Positions 49,836 to 63,152 of a DNA stretch of 64,000 nt are shown here, piece after piece (within the stretch, counting starts at the first letter, position 1; each line of letters starts with the position of its first letter). Under the pieces are notes generated by a model. The model saw nothing but the letters and a program-made list of their open reading frames with translations, was not told the origin of the DNA and did not search any database. The position numbers and the translations under genes are program-made. This DNA comes from Eledone cirrhosa (lineage: Eukaryota): NCBI GenBank assembly GCA_964016885.1, contig OZ024741.1:174840001-174904000 (forward strand), written 5' to 3'.

Positions 49836-50234
49836 TATCTATATACATATCTTTCTCACACCATTGTTAATAGGTCAGTTTTTGGTCTCCAATGATTCGG
49901 GTGAATTTATTTATGTGATGAGAGTTATTTAGAAAGAAATATTTAACATTTTACATCACATTAATATATGGAATTCGGTTTAGTAATACATTTTATAGAA
50001 AAAAACATTTGAAATTGACAGTAAACAACAATACAGTAACTTTTTGTATTTCCAATAATTGTTTCTACATTTGGCACAAGGCCAGAAATTACCCCAGTGC
50101 ATTACTGGTGCTTTATTTTATCGACTCCGTATGGCGGAATTAGCAAGAATAGTGACTGCGAAACGTTAAAGCTAAGTTTCGTCAAACAATGAATATTTGT
50201 GTCAATTGTGAAAGCAGTTGTATAGTACTAATAT

Positions 50235-50445
50235 ATGGTCTAGTGGTTACAGTGTTGGACACATGGTTATATGGTTGTGGGTTTGATTCTTAGACTGGAC
50301 GGCACATTGTTTTCTTGAACAAGATGCTTAATTTCACGTTGTTTTTTATGACGGGACTAGGGTTCCTAACATTAAAACACAAGTGAAATCTCCTATAAGA
50401 TACAACCTTGTAGGAGGCCAGCTAAACCTGAATATATGTGAGTTG
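50235..50445 (+). mobile_element. Degenerate tRNA-derived SINE (sister copy at 52133-52330)
   Basis: tggtctagtggtta head, ggtttgattc B box, shared tail attaaaacac...ggaggccagctaaa. Confidence 0.6.
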
Positions 50446-51321
50446 TAACAAGGTGATAGGATTGGAGCACTTTTCATTAAGACACCCATGAAACCTCATG
50501 AAATGTAACTTTGTAGGAGGCCAGCTAAACCTGAATAGGAGTGAGCTGTAAATTTCATTTCATTTTTTTTTTTTTTTCATTTTATTATAGTACTATTTCA
50601 CTTTCCGAAAATTAGAAATTTTTCAATTGTTTTAACCCTTTCGTTCTCATATTTAATGAAATACATTGTATTTCAATTAATTAATGAAGTATTTACCGAC
50701 AGTATCGGTAGAGGGTCAGACCTGCTTTCCAGTATAGTTACGTCCCTTTACGATCTGAGTTCAAATCCCGCCGAGGTTAACTTTGCCTTTCATCCTTACG
50801 AGGTCGATAAAATAAAGTACCAGTAATGTGCTGGGTAATTTGTTGGCCTTGTGCCAAAAGTAGAAACAATTATTATTTATTTCATTATTCAGAAAGTATT
50901 TGTAACACATCGATCTTATATAAAATCACGTTGAAAGGTGTTAATAGGAACCTTTTAAAATGCATGTGTTTGTTTCATAGAATGAGTGATGGTTTTAGGC
51001 GGGTTTGTATCAAAAGGTTTATAGAAAATATAAACATTTATGTAGGTTAATGTATCATACATGGTCATCATTTGAATTGAAACCATTGTGAGAAAGTGAA
51101 AGAGAAGTTATAATTGTTATGTTTTAAGATCTTCCTGTCTTCCTTTTATATTTTCTTTTTTCTTTCACATTCGCATGCTTTCTCTGTCTGGAGGTGGAGG
51201 AGATAAAGAAAGAGTGTGCCAGACTGCCTCTTGATAATAAAAAGAAGGCAAGTGACAAGCATGTAAGATCAAACAAAACAATCCAAATATAGATAAGCCT
51301 TCTCTCTGCCTTCTCTCTCTC

Positions 51322-51354
<33 letters not shown>

Positions 51355-52667
51355 ATGTTATGGGTAATCTATAGACAGAACTATATAGGTCAGTGTGTGT
51401 GCAAGCATATCTATTGACATTTAGGTGTGTATTTGTGTTTATGTGTGGAGCATACTCTGTTGACAGATCTATATAATTTTCTGCATTTTTTAGTGTGTGA
51501 GTGTCAGAGTGTGATCTGTTAGTTGACATCTATACTGTGTTCTTAGTTTGTAAGTGTGTGTATGTATGAGTACTTCTATAATCTGTTGACTGTTTTTTGG
51601 GGGGGAGGGGGATACGTTGACCACCACCACCGTCTTTTCCTCTCTCTCTTTCTTCCTCATTGATATTCTTTAACCCTTTCTCACTTCTTCCCCACCCTTC
51701 ACACCTACAATTCAAGCTATCAAGCTCTGTCCTGTGCTACTTCAAGTCTTCTGTACTCTTCAAGGTTCAGCGATACGCGTGTACATACACACTTTATATC
51801 CTACATAATCATAAGCATGGATCATTACAGCTGGAATGTCTATAATAATCTGGGTTTGCCTAGGGCTAGACAATATAAAGAAAAGTTTAACCTTTTCATT
51901 ACTGTATTTCTAATGAATGACACTGCTGTTGATTCTCAAAATGTTGAAAGTAATCTTTATTGATATTAATAGGGTTAAAACTGAATCTATAGCCATAATT
52001 TATTACCAATTATGAAATAGCCTGAAGTTGGGAAGTAAGCCTATTTTGTTTATTAAAATACTAATTTTCTTTCTTTCTCTCATTTTGCACTTAGAAACCT
52101 GTATTTTTTACTTCGTAATTACTATGTTAATGTAGTGGCCTAGTAATTGGGGCGTTGGACTCAGGATCTTAAGGTCGTGGGTTCGATTTCTGGTACAAGT
52201 GGTGTGCTGTGTTCTTTAGGAAGACACTTCAATTCATATTGCTTTTCATGATATAACTGGAGACCCTATCATTAAAACACCCAAGATACCTTCTACGAGA
52301 TAACCTCAGAGGAGGCCAGCTAAATCTGCATGTTTTCATTTCATTGTAGTAGTCTAATTTAAAGAGAATAAGTTTTTCAATAAATTAATGAAAAAGTAGA
52401 AAGAAAACATCAATATGGCTGAACACTTGTCAGTCGTTCATTTTGTTTAGCTCTGTTTAAAAAAAAAAAAAATTTTTTTGTAAAATCCTTTATGATGTAA
52501 ACTCAAATTACTGAATAAAATGGGGTGGGTGGTAAATTTGCTTTCAAAACCTTGCCTGGGGTATATGAGATGACAATAGTTTGGAACTTATAAACTATAT
52601 ACACAACATTTGACATTTAGTTTATCATCATCATCGTTTTTACATCCACTTTTCTGTGCTGGTATTA

Positions 52668-53025
52668 GTTTGGGTGTGATCGTTTTACAACCACATACCC
52701 TTCCTGATGCCAACTTGCCATCCATTTTAGTTGCCTTTTACGACATGCAGGGATATAGTATACCTATTTTAAAAACCAGGATGTACACACAGATATAAAA
52801 TATGTTTTTAATGTATGAATACAGGAAAAAAATAATTTGGGTTTGGATGTGATCGTTTGAGACACTGTTATACAACCACATGCCCTTCCTGATGCCAACC
52901 GGCCAGCCTTTTTAGTTGCCTTTTACGACATGCAGGGATATAGAGTGACTACTCAACAAACCAGGATATACTACACGGATATAAAATATTTTTTAATGTA
53001 TGAATACAGGAGAAAAAGAATTTTA
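52668..53025. repeat. Local ~180-bp tandem duplication of an RTE-tail-type repeat fragment
   Basis: Two copies of cccttcctgatgccaac...tagttgccttttacgacatgcagggatatag...aatgtatgaatacagga. Confidence 0.8.
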
Positions 53026-55655
53026 AAGGATAGACAGAAAGAAACAAATCAAATTATTTTCTTCCAGTTTAAAGTTTGGAATTTTGTAGTTTTTAGATAA
53101 CTCTTTAGTTTGTTTTAGCAATCACAGCTAAGATCATGCTGGAGTACTTACTGCCTTATCTATATAGATTTTAATAAAATATCTCTACAATATTTTCAAG
53201 TTTTCAAATATTAAAAAGATTGAGTACCAGTTTAAATGACCAACATAGAAACAGACTAACTTTATATTTGTAAGAAATAAAAAAAAAAAAAATCTCTTAG
53301 AAACCTTCATACATTCAATTTCATTAATATAAATTACACCATTCTTGTAAATGGTAACAATCAGATCTGGAATGTATTGCATCATTCACATATTCCAATT
53401 AATTCTTTGAATGCCAATGGAGCTTTTGGTATTTTACTGCCCTGTGAAGGAGCATGGCTTAGTGGTTAGGGTGTTCAGCTCATGAGTTATGGCAGAGCAT
53501 TGTGTCCTTAAGTGAGGCAATTTATTTCATTTTACTCCAGTTCACTCAGCTGGTAAAGGTGGGTTGTACCTGTAATTCAATGAGCCAGCCTTATCACACC
53601 GTATGTCATGCTGAATTTTCCTGAGAACTGTGATAAAGGTACACATATTTGTGGAATGCTCATCCACTTGTATGTTAATTTCATGAGCAGGCTGTTCTAC
53701 ATTGTTTAATTGGAGCCATGGCTTCATCTGAGACTCATTCTAATGATTATATTTAAATATACACATATATATACACCAGGTCTGAACACAAGAAGACCAA
53801 ACCCCCACCGTCACTGCTTCCGTCTCTCTCGCTCACCCAATCTCTCACTATTGTGAGCAAATGGAGACCCACGTGCTGGTCACCCGGTGTCCCAGGTCTG
53901 GATTACATGTTAATTTTTTTCTTTTTAAATAAAATGAGATTTTGATCAAATTTGTTTTATTTACTTTGTGTGACATGGTCTTATGCTTCACAACTAAACT
54001 AAGGCATACTAGTATTTTTTGGTATACAATGGGCAGGAGGCAAAGTACATACCAGCATGTTTTTGGCACACAAAGAGTTAACTTTTGTAATTCTGTAATA
54101 TTTGTTTACAGAAGTATTTTGTAAATGTCAGGACTATACACATTTTTTTCATTGTATTATATGTTTTGGGATTTAATGAATTATTTAAAGTTTATTGAAT
54201 GCAGTAATATTTTTGGATATGTTAATGTCTCTATGCAGCTGCTTGGATTACTAGAAACAGCAGGCTAATATCCCTCAAATCACACCCTACCATGTGTAAT
54301 ATTTGTTTACAGAAGTATTTTGAAGTTATTGAGCAGTTATATTTTGAATATATTGATGCCTTTATGCAGTGCTTGAATTGATAGAGATAGCAGCCAAATC
54401 TCCCTCAAATCATATCTTAATGTCTTCGAAAGCAAGTGGACATATTGAATCATGTTGTGTACTACATGAAAATGAGATGGGATGATCACAGCAGGAAAAT
54501 CTTTAATCATAGTTTTAATTTTGTTCTTGCTTCATTAATACAAAGAGGGTTAATGAGTATAGGTGCAGATATGGTTATATGTTTACGAAGTTCGCTTCAC
54601 AAACATTTGATTTCATGTTCAGTCCCACTGTGTAGCACCGTAAGTGTATTTTACTACAGGCGGGCTTGGGTTGGTAAATACTCTTTGAGTGAAATTTGGT
54701 AGATGGAAACTGTGCTGAAATCCATCTAACGTACACAGAAATTGACGGTGTTCTGACCTGAAGAAGGGAAGGGCTCCACCTGGTTTAATATGATCAGGAC
54801 ATGCCATCTTTCAAGATGGCACCTCTACAACTCCATCAGGAATTAAGTGCTCCTTCATTCAGAAGAATGAAAGGCAAAGTTAACCATTATGGTATTTGAA
54901 CTTAGAACACAAGGTTCTAACAGCTATGCCAATTCACAGTTTTCCTTTGCCTATCTCTATTTTGGTTACCATTTCAACATTTACTTAATTTTCAGTTTGC
55001 AGTCATCACATGCCCTTGATATTTGAGCTGTCCTTATCATTAGCAATATAATATTACTTTCTCTTTTATCTCTACTTAGCGAGCTTAATCTCTTTCATTA
55101 AAGAAGGAAATTATTTATTATATCTACTTGCATGAAGTGACATGATCTTTTTTAAGATATATCTTAACAAGTTTCTGCTCTGTTTTAGAACCTGATAACA
55201 TGCTCATACCTTTTCTCTGTAATTACATCCAACCCATGCCAGCATGGATAAATGGATGTAAAAGGATATGCCTACATATTATATTGACTCTGAAAGGATA
55301 AAAGTGAAAGTTGACCTCTGTGAGAGTTGGACTCGGAACAAATATTGTGGCTCTACTAACTTAGCTGTCTTGATGTTAACCTTTTCATTACCATCTTAAC
55401 TATAATAAAGGGAGGAGTGCGGGACAGCATCCAGAATATATTTTTTAATCTCATTAGTAAAATAAGTTGGATTACTTTGATTAGATAATGAATGAATATT
55501 ACATAATTTATCTACTAAATTTCGTAACAAATGATTAAATAATTTTATTTAATCTTCAGTGGTAATAGAACAGTGTGTGTATGTGCGCGCACGTGAGTTT
55601 GTCGGCATTGTTAAATTAGAGATGTGTGTTATATATATATATGTGTGTGTGTGTC

Positions 55656-55691
<36 letters not shown>

Positions 55692-55819
55692 ATGTGTCAC
55701 CGTTTTTAAGTTAGAGATGTATATGTGTGTATCCCCTTCCTTTGACACACACACACACATTTTGTGACGGACGGATGGACAGAAGTCACTCAAATTTATA
55801 TACATGTGAATGGAGTTCC

Positions 55820-56430
55820 ACTGAAGCAGCTGGAACAGTTCAAGTATCATGAGTGATGGAATGCAGGAGGCTGAATTAAGTGCAAGAATTGCAAAAGCTG
55901 ATGCAGTAATGTGCCTGCTTCAGCAATCAGAAGAAGGGAGGTAGGTGTAAAAGCCAAACTCGCTGTCTTCCTGATATTTCTGCCAACTCTTACCGAGGGT
56001 CATGAATCTTGGGTAATGACCGAAAGAATAGAATTGCAAATACAAACGACAGAAATGGGGTTCCTCAGAAGGGTCTCTGTAGTAATGTTACTTGATAAAT
56101 GGCATAGCTCAGAGATCAGAGAGTCACTCCTGGTAGAGCCGCTACTTCTCCGGATTGAGAGATCACAGCTCCGATACTATGGGCATGTGTTTAGAATTCT
56201 CAGGAAAGAATCGCTGGACAGATTTTACCGGCAAAACCAACCAGCAAGAGACCCAGAGGTAGACCCCGAGCAAGATAGTTGGATAACATCCATGGGCTTG
56301 GCTGGTCACGCTTTGGGATCCAGCTGGATCAGTTAGAGATGTTTGCTTCTGACAGACTTGCTGGAAAGAGTGTTTGAGAAGGACTCTGCCCCCATTACTC
56401 TCTCAGAAATAAGTGGGTGAAGAAGATATT
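55820..56430 (+). mobile_element. Rex3/Expander-like RTE 3' fragment
   Basis: LPTLTEGHESWVMTERIELQIQTTEMGFLRRV...SSEIRESLLVEPLLLRIERSQLRYYGHV, characteristic of Rex3/Expander C-termini; ends gaagaagat. Confidence 0.75.
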
Positions 56431-56991
56431 GTCAATTTACTTTTCAATTTACATATCATATCTATAAGCATATATATTTGTGTATAAAACCAATACACTA
56501 CAAATGTTAGCAGAAAACCGTCTGAAGGGCAGTTTTTCTGCTAGTATTTCTAATGAAAGACACTGCCTATGATTTTCAAATAATTTTGAAAACAATAAAA
56601 AATTTGTTGGGATTTAGTAATATAACTTTTTCATTATTATGTTCATATTTGGGATATAATCTAACCAAAATTTTAATATGAAATTATGATGGAAAGTTTT
56701 TAGGTAAATATAAACACTTTAACTGTTTAGCATTTACATTACTCTATATATACTAGTATATTTTCACGGTAAAGGCTTTACCTCATTATCTCACATAATT
56801 TCGAATCTATGAGATTTTGATATTATTTATTTTGAGAACAATATCTTAACATCAATATTAGTGGCCTGTTACTGCCAATTTGAACAGAAAAAGGTGAGAG
56901 AATTTTGGTCGGATACTGCCAGTTTAAATCAAGCAGTTTTGGATTGTAGAACCAAGGGCTGTTTCAGGCAGTATAGTATTCAAAAGGTTAA

Positions 56992-57185
56992 CCCTTTAGC
57001 ATTCACATTACTCTATATATACTATTATATTTTCATTTAGGCTTTACCTCACATAATATCGAATCTATGAGATTTTGAAAGTATTTATTTTGAGAACAAT
57101 ACCTTAACATCAGTTTGAGCAACCAGTTACAGCCAGTTTCAACAGAAAAAGGTAGAGAATTCTGGCCGGTTTGAACATTAAAGGG
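56992..57185. mobile_element. piggyBac-type MITE
   Basis: TTAA|CCCTTTAGCATTCA ... TGAACATTAAAGGG|TTAA; a decayed sister copy at ~56720-56930 sits inside a larger TTAA-CCCTTT MITE family also seen at ~5485, ~6575, 50633 and 51887. Confidence 0.65.
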
Positions 57186-58180
57186 TTAAAGTTATAAAAT
57201 TTGGAAGGATTTCACCTAACATGTTTAGCTACTCTATTTAATTATGTATGTTACTGTTACTCCATGAAACTATAACATGCTACACCATATGTTTAATGCT
57301 TACCTGTAATTGCTCTGCTCTTGTTATAATAAAGTTGGAATAACAAAGTTCTGGTTTTGGCATGACGTCCTTTCAATCACCAACTACCACTTTTACCGCT
57401 TTACAGAGTGTACTGGGTACATTTTCTCATGGCACCAGCACTAGAGAGGTTTCATGTCCTTGTCACACCTGAAGAGTCTTCTCAACCCTTTGTTTCATTA
57501 AAAATATAGTAAAGAAAGGGTTAATATGTGACAAAGTGGTTCAGTGCGCATTCATGTTATTCTAGTTGAAGAAATCAATAGTAAAAAGTTGCTTCTGATG
57601 ATGATAATGGTAATTACATTTTAATATAAATAGAATCAAATTTAGGTCACATTTTAATGTACTTTCCACCAATGTCATTTATTATGAAATGAAATAGAAA
57701 ATAAAAAGAAAAAGTGTTTTCTTTCAGACTTCTGTTGTTTTCAAACAACAGGACTAATGGTTCAGTACTTGTTAATCCCTGTTAACAAAGTCTGCCTCAA
57801 TCTACTATTTTGTTCATTGCCAAGAACAAATCTCTGTTCTGAAAGTACCATGACAACATCATGTCTAACCTACAAGATGGTTGTGCTAGTGCCATGACAA
57901 AAAAGCACTCTCTAATGTGGTAGTGGTGATGCTTTCAAAAAAGCTCCCAGTACATGTAATTTGGTTTGCATTAGGAAAGACATCCAGCCACAGAAAAGCA
58001 AAACAAAAACCTGGATCATATGACCAAGACGTGGTCACCTGGTCAGCCTTATTACATGACAGCTCGTTTAACCCATGCAAGCATGGAAATCAGATGTTAA
58101 ATGCTGATGATGATGGTATACATATATCATCATCATCACTGAACTTTCTTTTTACCATGTTGTTATGGGTTGGTATCCCC

Positions 58181-58806
58181 AAAAACCATGATTCTTTAGA
58201 AATATGGAATTTCTATACATATCTGTATACAGCTATGCCTGAAGCTAAATCCTATTTCTATTCTATTATAAGTTGAAGCAGCTTCAAATGCAAATGAGAT
58301 TAATCACCTCATTTACACAGACGAGAAAACTATATATTCTCGACTGTTCTCAAGTCCAGCAGTTGCAAGCGGTCGAAGGGACTGTCCTATGAAGACCAGT
58401 CAAGTCCGAAATGCATAGACAGTTGTCCCTCTTGCTTCTGTTGGACACCTTCTGAGGGCGTAAGCTCCAGTGTTTGCATAGCTACAGCTTTCTAAAAACC
58501 GTGTTTCTTTAGAAATATGAAATTTCTATACATATCTGTATACAGCTATGCCTGAAGCTAAATCCTATTTCTATTCTATTATAAGTTGAGGCAACTTATG
58601 CAGCTTCATATACAAATGAGATTAATCACCTCATTTACACAGATGAGTAAACTATATATTCTCGACTGTTCTCAAGTCCAGCAGTTGCAAGCGGTCGAAG
58701 GGACTGTCCTGATGAAGACCAGTCAAGTCTCAAATGCCCTGGTTTTTTGCATAGCTACGGCTTCCTAAAAACCGTGTTTCTTTAGAAATACAAAATTTCT
58801 GTATAA
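58181..58806 (+). repeat. Hammerhead-containing ~310-bp tandem repeat (retrozyme / Penelope pLTR-like)
   Basis: Units start at 58181, 58494 and 58767 (the third is interrupted by a SINE and resumes at ~59153-59195); hammerhead motifs at 58381-58423 and 58703-58737. Confidence 0.8.
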
Positions 58807-58808
58807 AT

Positions 58809-59152
58809 GGAGGCACATGGCTGAGTGGTTAGAGCATTGGCCTTGCAATCGAAAGGTTGTGAGTTCAATTCTCAGACCGGGTGATGTGTTGTTTCCTTGA
58901 GCAAGACACTTTATTTCACATTGCTCCAGTTTACTCAGCTGTAGAAATGAGATGATAGGACTGGGGTCCCTATCATTCCACTGCAAAGTGGTCGTGGAGG
59001 TGCCATGGCAAAAAAGCACCCAGCACTCACTGTAAAATGAGGTAGGTGTTAGGAAGGGCATCCAGCTGTAGAAATCAAGCCAAAATCAGTTCCCGTCCCA
59101 CCCTTGCAAGCAGGGAAAAGCGGACGTAAGATGAAATGATGATGATTATGAT
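58809..59152 (+). mobile_element. CORE-like SINE with RTE-A tail
   Basis: Near-identical to 30709-31054. Confidence 0.92.
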
Positions 59153-59204
59153 GTGTGTATACAGCTATGCCTGAAGCTAAATCCTATTTCTATTATATAT
59201 ATAT

Positions 59205-59580
59205 GGAGGCATATGGCTTAGTGGTTAGAGCATTGGCTTTGCAATTGAAAGGTTGTGAGTTCAATTCTCAGACCGGGTGATGTGTTGTTTCTTTGAGCAA
59301 GACACTTTATTTCACATTGCTCCAGTTCACTCAACTGTAGAAATGAGATGATAGGGACTGGGGTCCCTATCATTCCACTGCAAAGTGGTCGTGGAGGTGC
59401 CACGGCAAAAAAGCACCCAGCCCACACTGTAAAGTGGACGTGTAGGTGCCACGGAAAAAAAAGCACCCAGCACTCACTCTAAATGAGGTTGGTGTTAGGA
59501 AGGGCATCCAGCTGTAGAAATCAAGCCAGAATCAGTTCCCGTCCCACCCTTGCAAGCAGGGAAATGATGATGATGATGAT
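59205..59580 (+). mobile_element. CORE-like SINE with RTE-A tail (two-module variant)
   Basis: Carries both gccacgg..aaagcacccagc modules, as in the RTE-A 3' UTR. Confidence 0.92.
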
Positions 59581-59628
59581 ATATATTCATCATCATCAAC
59601 ATCATTTTACGTCCGCTTTTCCATACTT

Positions 59629-59659
<31 letters not shown>

Positions 59660-59885
59660 CATTCCTCCGAGGGTTCTTAACCGCACTATCAGGCTAAATA
59701 ATTTCTTTAATTTCTTTAGTCAAAATACGGCGATAGCTTACATTTATAATAATTTCAAACCCGCTCGCTGTTTTGAAAAATATTCTTACTTGTATATATA
59801 TATATATATATATATATATAATGTACTCATTGAAACTAACAGAAGGCCAGATAGGAAACTTTGTGTAGAATTTTAATTCTGGGAA

Positions 59886-59958
59886 AATACTATACATATT
59901 TCAATGGCCCAGTTTCATCCGATCATGATGCAAGACTTAAGCAATGTCATCAGGTGTT
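59886..59958 (-). ncRNA. Degenerate minimal hammerhead motif (pLTR-like)
   Basis: Minus strand AACAC-CUGAUGA-long imperfect stem II-GAAA-UAUGUAUA^GUAUU, with a downstream gagtac motif as in the other copies. Confidence 0.55.
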
Positions 59959-60441
59959 GATTGCAGAATTAGTTATATAAGATAACAGGATTACGGCAAA
60001 CACAAACAGAGAATAGAAAATAGATAACTGATTTATTTGGGGGATGGCCTCCCAGTTCAGTGTTTTTGCAATGGCAAACCATCCACCTAAAATAAATGGA
60101 ATATATATATATATATAGTTGTAAGGTTGCAAGAAAAATACGTCCGTAGGCGGTATGCCGGTTGAGCATATATATATATATGTTTAATAGTAGCTAAGAT
60201 GCTTCCATAGGCGGTATGCCGGTTGAGCACTCTATGCTCCTACGGAGCAGAGTATGATAGAATGGAAAACAAAAAATCCTCCAAAATCAATAGATGTGTC
60301 CGAGGTACCTGCGAGTCTAGAGTCAGGTCAATCCACACAGATCGTACCTTGAGCTGTCCGCTGGGGAAACAATTGTAACATACAATAAATTGAGTTCCAA
60401 TGCATCACTGATTTTTCGTTTTCCATTCTATATATATATAT

Positions 60442-60788
60442 GGAGGCACATGGCTTAGTGGTTAGAGCATTGGCCTGGCAATCGAAAGGTTGTGAGTTCA
60501 ATTCTCAGACCGGGTGATGTGTTGTTTCCTTGAGCAAGACACTTTATTTCATAATTGCTTCAGTTTACTCAACTGTAGAAATGAGATGATAGGGACTGGG
60601 GTCCATATCATTCCACTGCAAAGTGGTCGTGGAGGTGCCACGGCAAAAAAGCACCCAGCACTCACTGTAAATGAGGTTGGTGTTAGGAAGGGCATCCAGC
60701 TGTAGAAATCAAGCCAGAATCAGTTCCCGTCCCACCCTTGCAAGCAGGGAAAAAGCGGACCTAAAACGAAATGATGATGATGATGATG

Positions 60789-60790
<2 letters not shown>
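60442..60790 (+). mobile_element. CORE-like SINE with RTE-A tail
   Basis: Near-identical to 58809-59152; (GAT)n tail. Confidence 0.92.
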
Positions 60791-60820
<30 letters not shown>

Positions 60821-60822
<2 letters not shown>

Positions 60823-61012
60823 ATCCCGGGTTCAATCAAAGGTAACCACAGTAAGTAAGGTACTCAATACATAGAGCAGAATATAAATTTTTAATATAGA
60901 AATGGCTTCTACAGGACTAGAACTGTTTGATTCAAAGGAAATCATCAGGAAAGCCTGATGATTTCCTTCGAATGAAACAGTTCTAGCCCTGTAGAAGTCA
61001 TTTCTATAGTAA
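60821..61012. mobile_element. Short palindromic pLTR-like element (55-bp arms 60895-60949 and 60954-61008)
   Basis: Imperfect inverted arms around AAAG; the right arm reads CCTGATGA..GAAACAG (hammerhead-like). Confidence 0.6.
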
Positions 61013-61309
61013 ATATATATAGGTATATAATGTATATATGTCATCATACATCTGTTTGTCATGCTGACTTGAGTTGGATGGGTGGTGTGGGATGTGGGCA
61101 TTTGTATGTGTTCTATGGCTGGATGCCCTTCCTGACATCAGAGTCTGCCGAGTGCATTTTATTGTGACACCAACACTTTGGAAGTCACCTTGTCTTCTGC
61201 AAGGCATATATATTTTCATCATCCATTTATCTTGCTAGCAAGAGTTGAACCAATTACTGCATATATATTTATATGAAGCTGGTAATTCACTGTGAATAGA
61301 GATAGATGT

Positions 61310-61960
61310 AGTGTATATAAAAAGACATACTTTGTGTGTGTGCATTGTGTATATAAAAATATATAAAAGATATACCATGTGTGTGCATGCACTGTAAATA
61401 TAAAGTTATACCTTGTGATTGTGTGCACTGTAATATAAAAAGATATACCATATGTATGTGTGCACTGTGATATAAAAAGATATACCATATATATTTATGT
61501 GCATTGTGTATATATAAGAGATATACCATATGTGTGTATGCACTATGTATATAAGATGTATGTATGTTTATGTATTGTGTGTATATAAATTTCATGATGT
61601 ATGTGTGGGCAAAGTGTGCATATAAAATATATCTTGCCTTATGTGTATAAAAAAGGATATCATGCTTTATATGTGTACACAGAGTGAATATAAAATAATA
61701 TCATGCTATATATGTGTGTGTGTACTGCATGTATATAAAAACATCTTGTGTTATATATGTGTCCGTTGTGTTTATGAAATATCATGCACCATATATTTGA
61801 ACATATAAAGATATGCCATATGTGTATGCAGCAAGTGTATATAAAATATATACCAAACGTGTATATAAAGATATCCCTTGTATGTGTATAAAATGGTAGC
61901 ATGTTATGTATGTGTGCGTGCACCATGTATTTAAAATGGTATGTATGTGTGTGCATATGT
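61310..61960. repeat. Degenerate ~37-bp minisatellite
   Basis: Repeated tataaaaagatataccatatgt(g/a)tgtgtgcactgt-like units. Confidence 0.8.
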
Positions 61961-62114
61961 ATTTATATATATACATACATATACACACATACATCTACAA
62001 ACGTATGTGTGTGTGTGGTAAATGGTTGCTCTGTTATATAAACGATTGATCTGGAATATCATTGCTGCTTGAATTGCTTCCTTTAAATCCTCTGCTGGCA
62101 GTTCTTCGATCATT

Positions 62115-62168
<54 letters not shown>

Positions 62169-62205
62169 CATTGCTATTACTACTACCATCACCACTGCTA
62201 CTACT
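62115..62205. repeat. (TAC)n microsatellite
   Basis: Directly visible. Confidence 0.95.
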
Positions 62206-63152
62206 TTATGTAATTTCTTTTCAGTTTTATCACAATAATTACTTTTGTCATATTGTTGGTCTAAATATTTCAGTACCCTCACTCCCCCAGATTTTAATTC
62301 TCTTTTTTATCTTCTCCTTCTCTTCCCTTTCCTTTTCTCATTTTTTAAAATCAATATTTCATGCTAGTTTTAACTTTTCCTTCTCAATAAAATTCAAGCA
62401 GATCACTTAATTCAATTAGTAATAATAGTTCAATACTGTTCTGAACTGCTTTCTCTAAAAAACCCATTATATGAGAGAATATATTAGTTTATTATTATTA
62501 TTGTTATTATTATTATTATTATTGTAAGGTGGTGGTTTCGTAGTATCGGTAGCGCATTGGACATGCTTTGTGGCATAGAGTTACGGCCCTTTACGACCTG
62601 AGTTCAAATCCTGCTGAGGTTATCTTTGCCTTTCATCCTTACAGGATCGATAAAATACCAGTAATGCACTGGGGTCAATTTAATCGACTCTCCCCTCCCC
62701 CAAAATTGTTGGCCTTGTGCCTTGTATGTACTAACATTGGAGTCACTACTGCACAAATTGAAGATGTTGAGGGGCATCCTGCATGAACTATGATGCACAA
62801 GACCAGTGATGTCTCTGTTATGTTGTCGAGCACCAAGCACGTTGAGCTGATCGGCACAGTCCTATGAAAGTATGAAGCGATGACAGGAGCATGAATTAAC
62901 CAGGAAAACTGGATGGGCCTGCGACTTGGCACCCAGACAGGCAAGTCCATGTTGTCTGACAGCATCGTCAGATGCTAGACAGACGGACCTGCTAAATTGC
63001 TCTGGATCTGGTTTCGTTCAGACCTCCAGGTCTTCAAAAACTAGAACAAAGTAACTAGCAGGGTAACCACTAGAAATGGGTCAAGAGGAAGCTATCTCTG
63101 AACGGTCGGTTGGAGGTGGCGAATGCATATATCACATCTGTCATCTACTACC

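Noticed and set aside
58809-58885. tRNA gene candidates at SINE heads (also 30709, 59205, 60442, 52133, 63153)
   Set aside because: A/B boxes are present, but there is no full cloverleaf and each runs on into a SINE body and tail.
61310-61960. CRISPR-like ~37-bp periodicity
   Set aside because: A degenerate eukaryotic minisatellite without unique spacers or cas genes.
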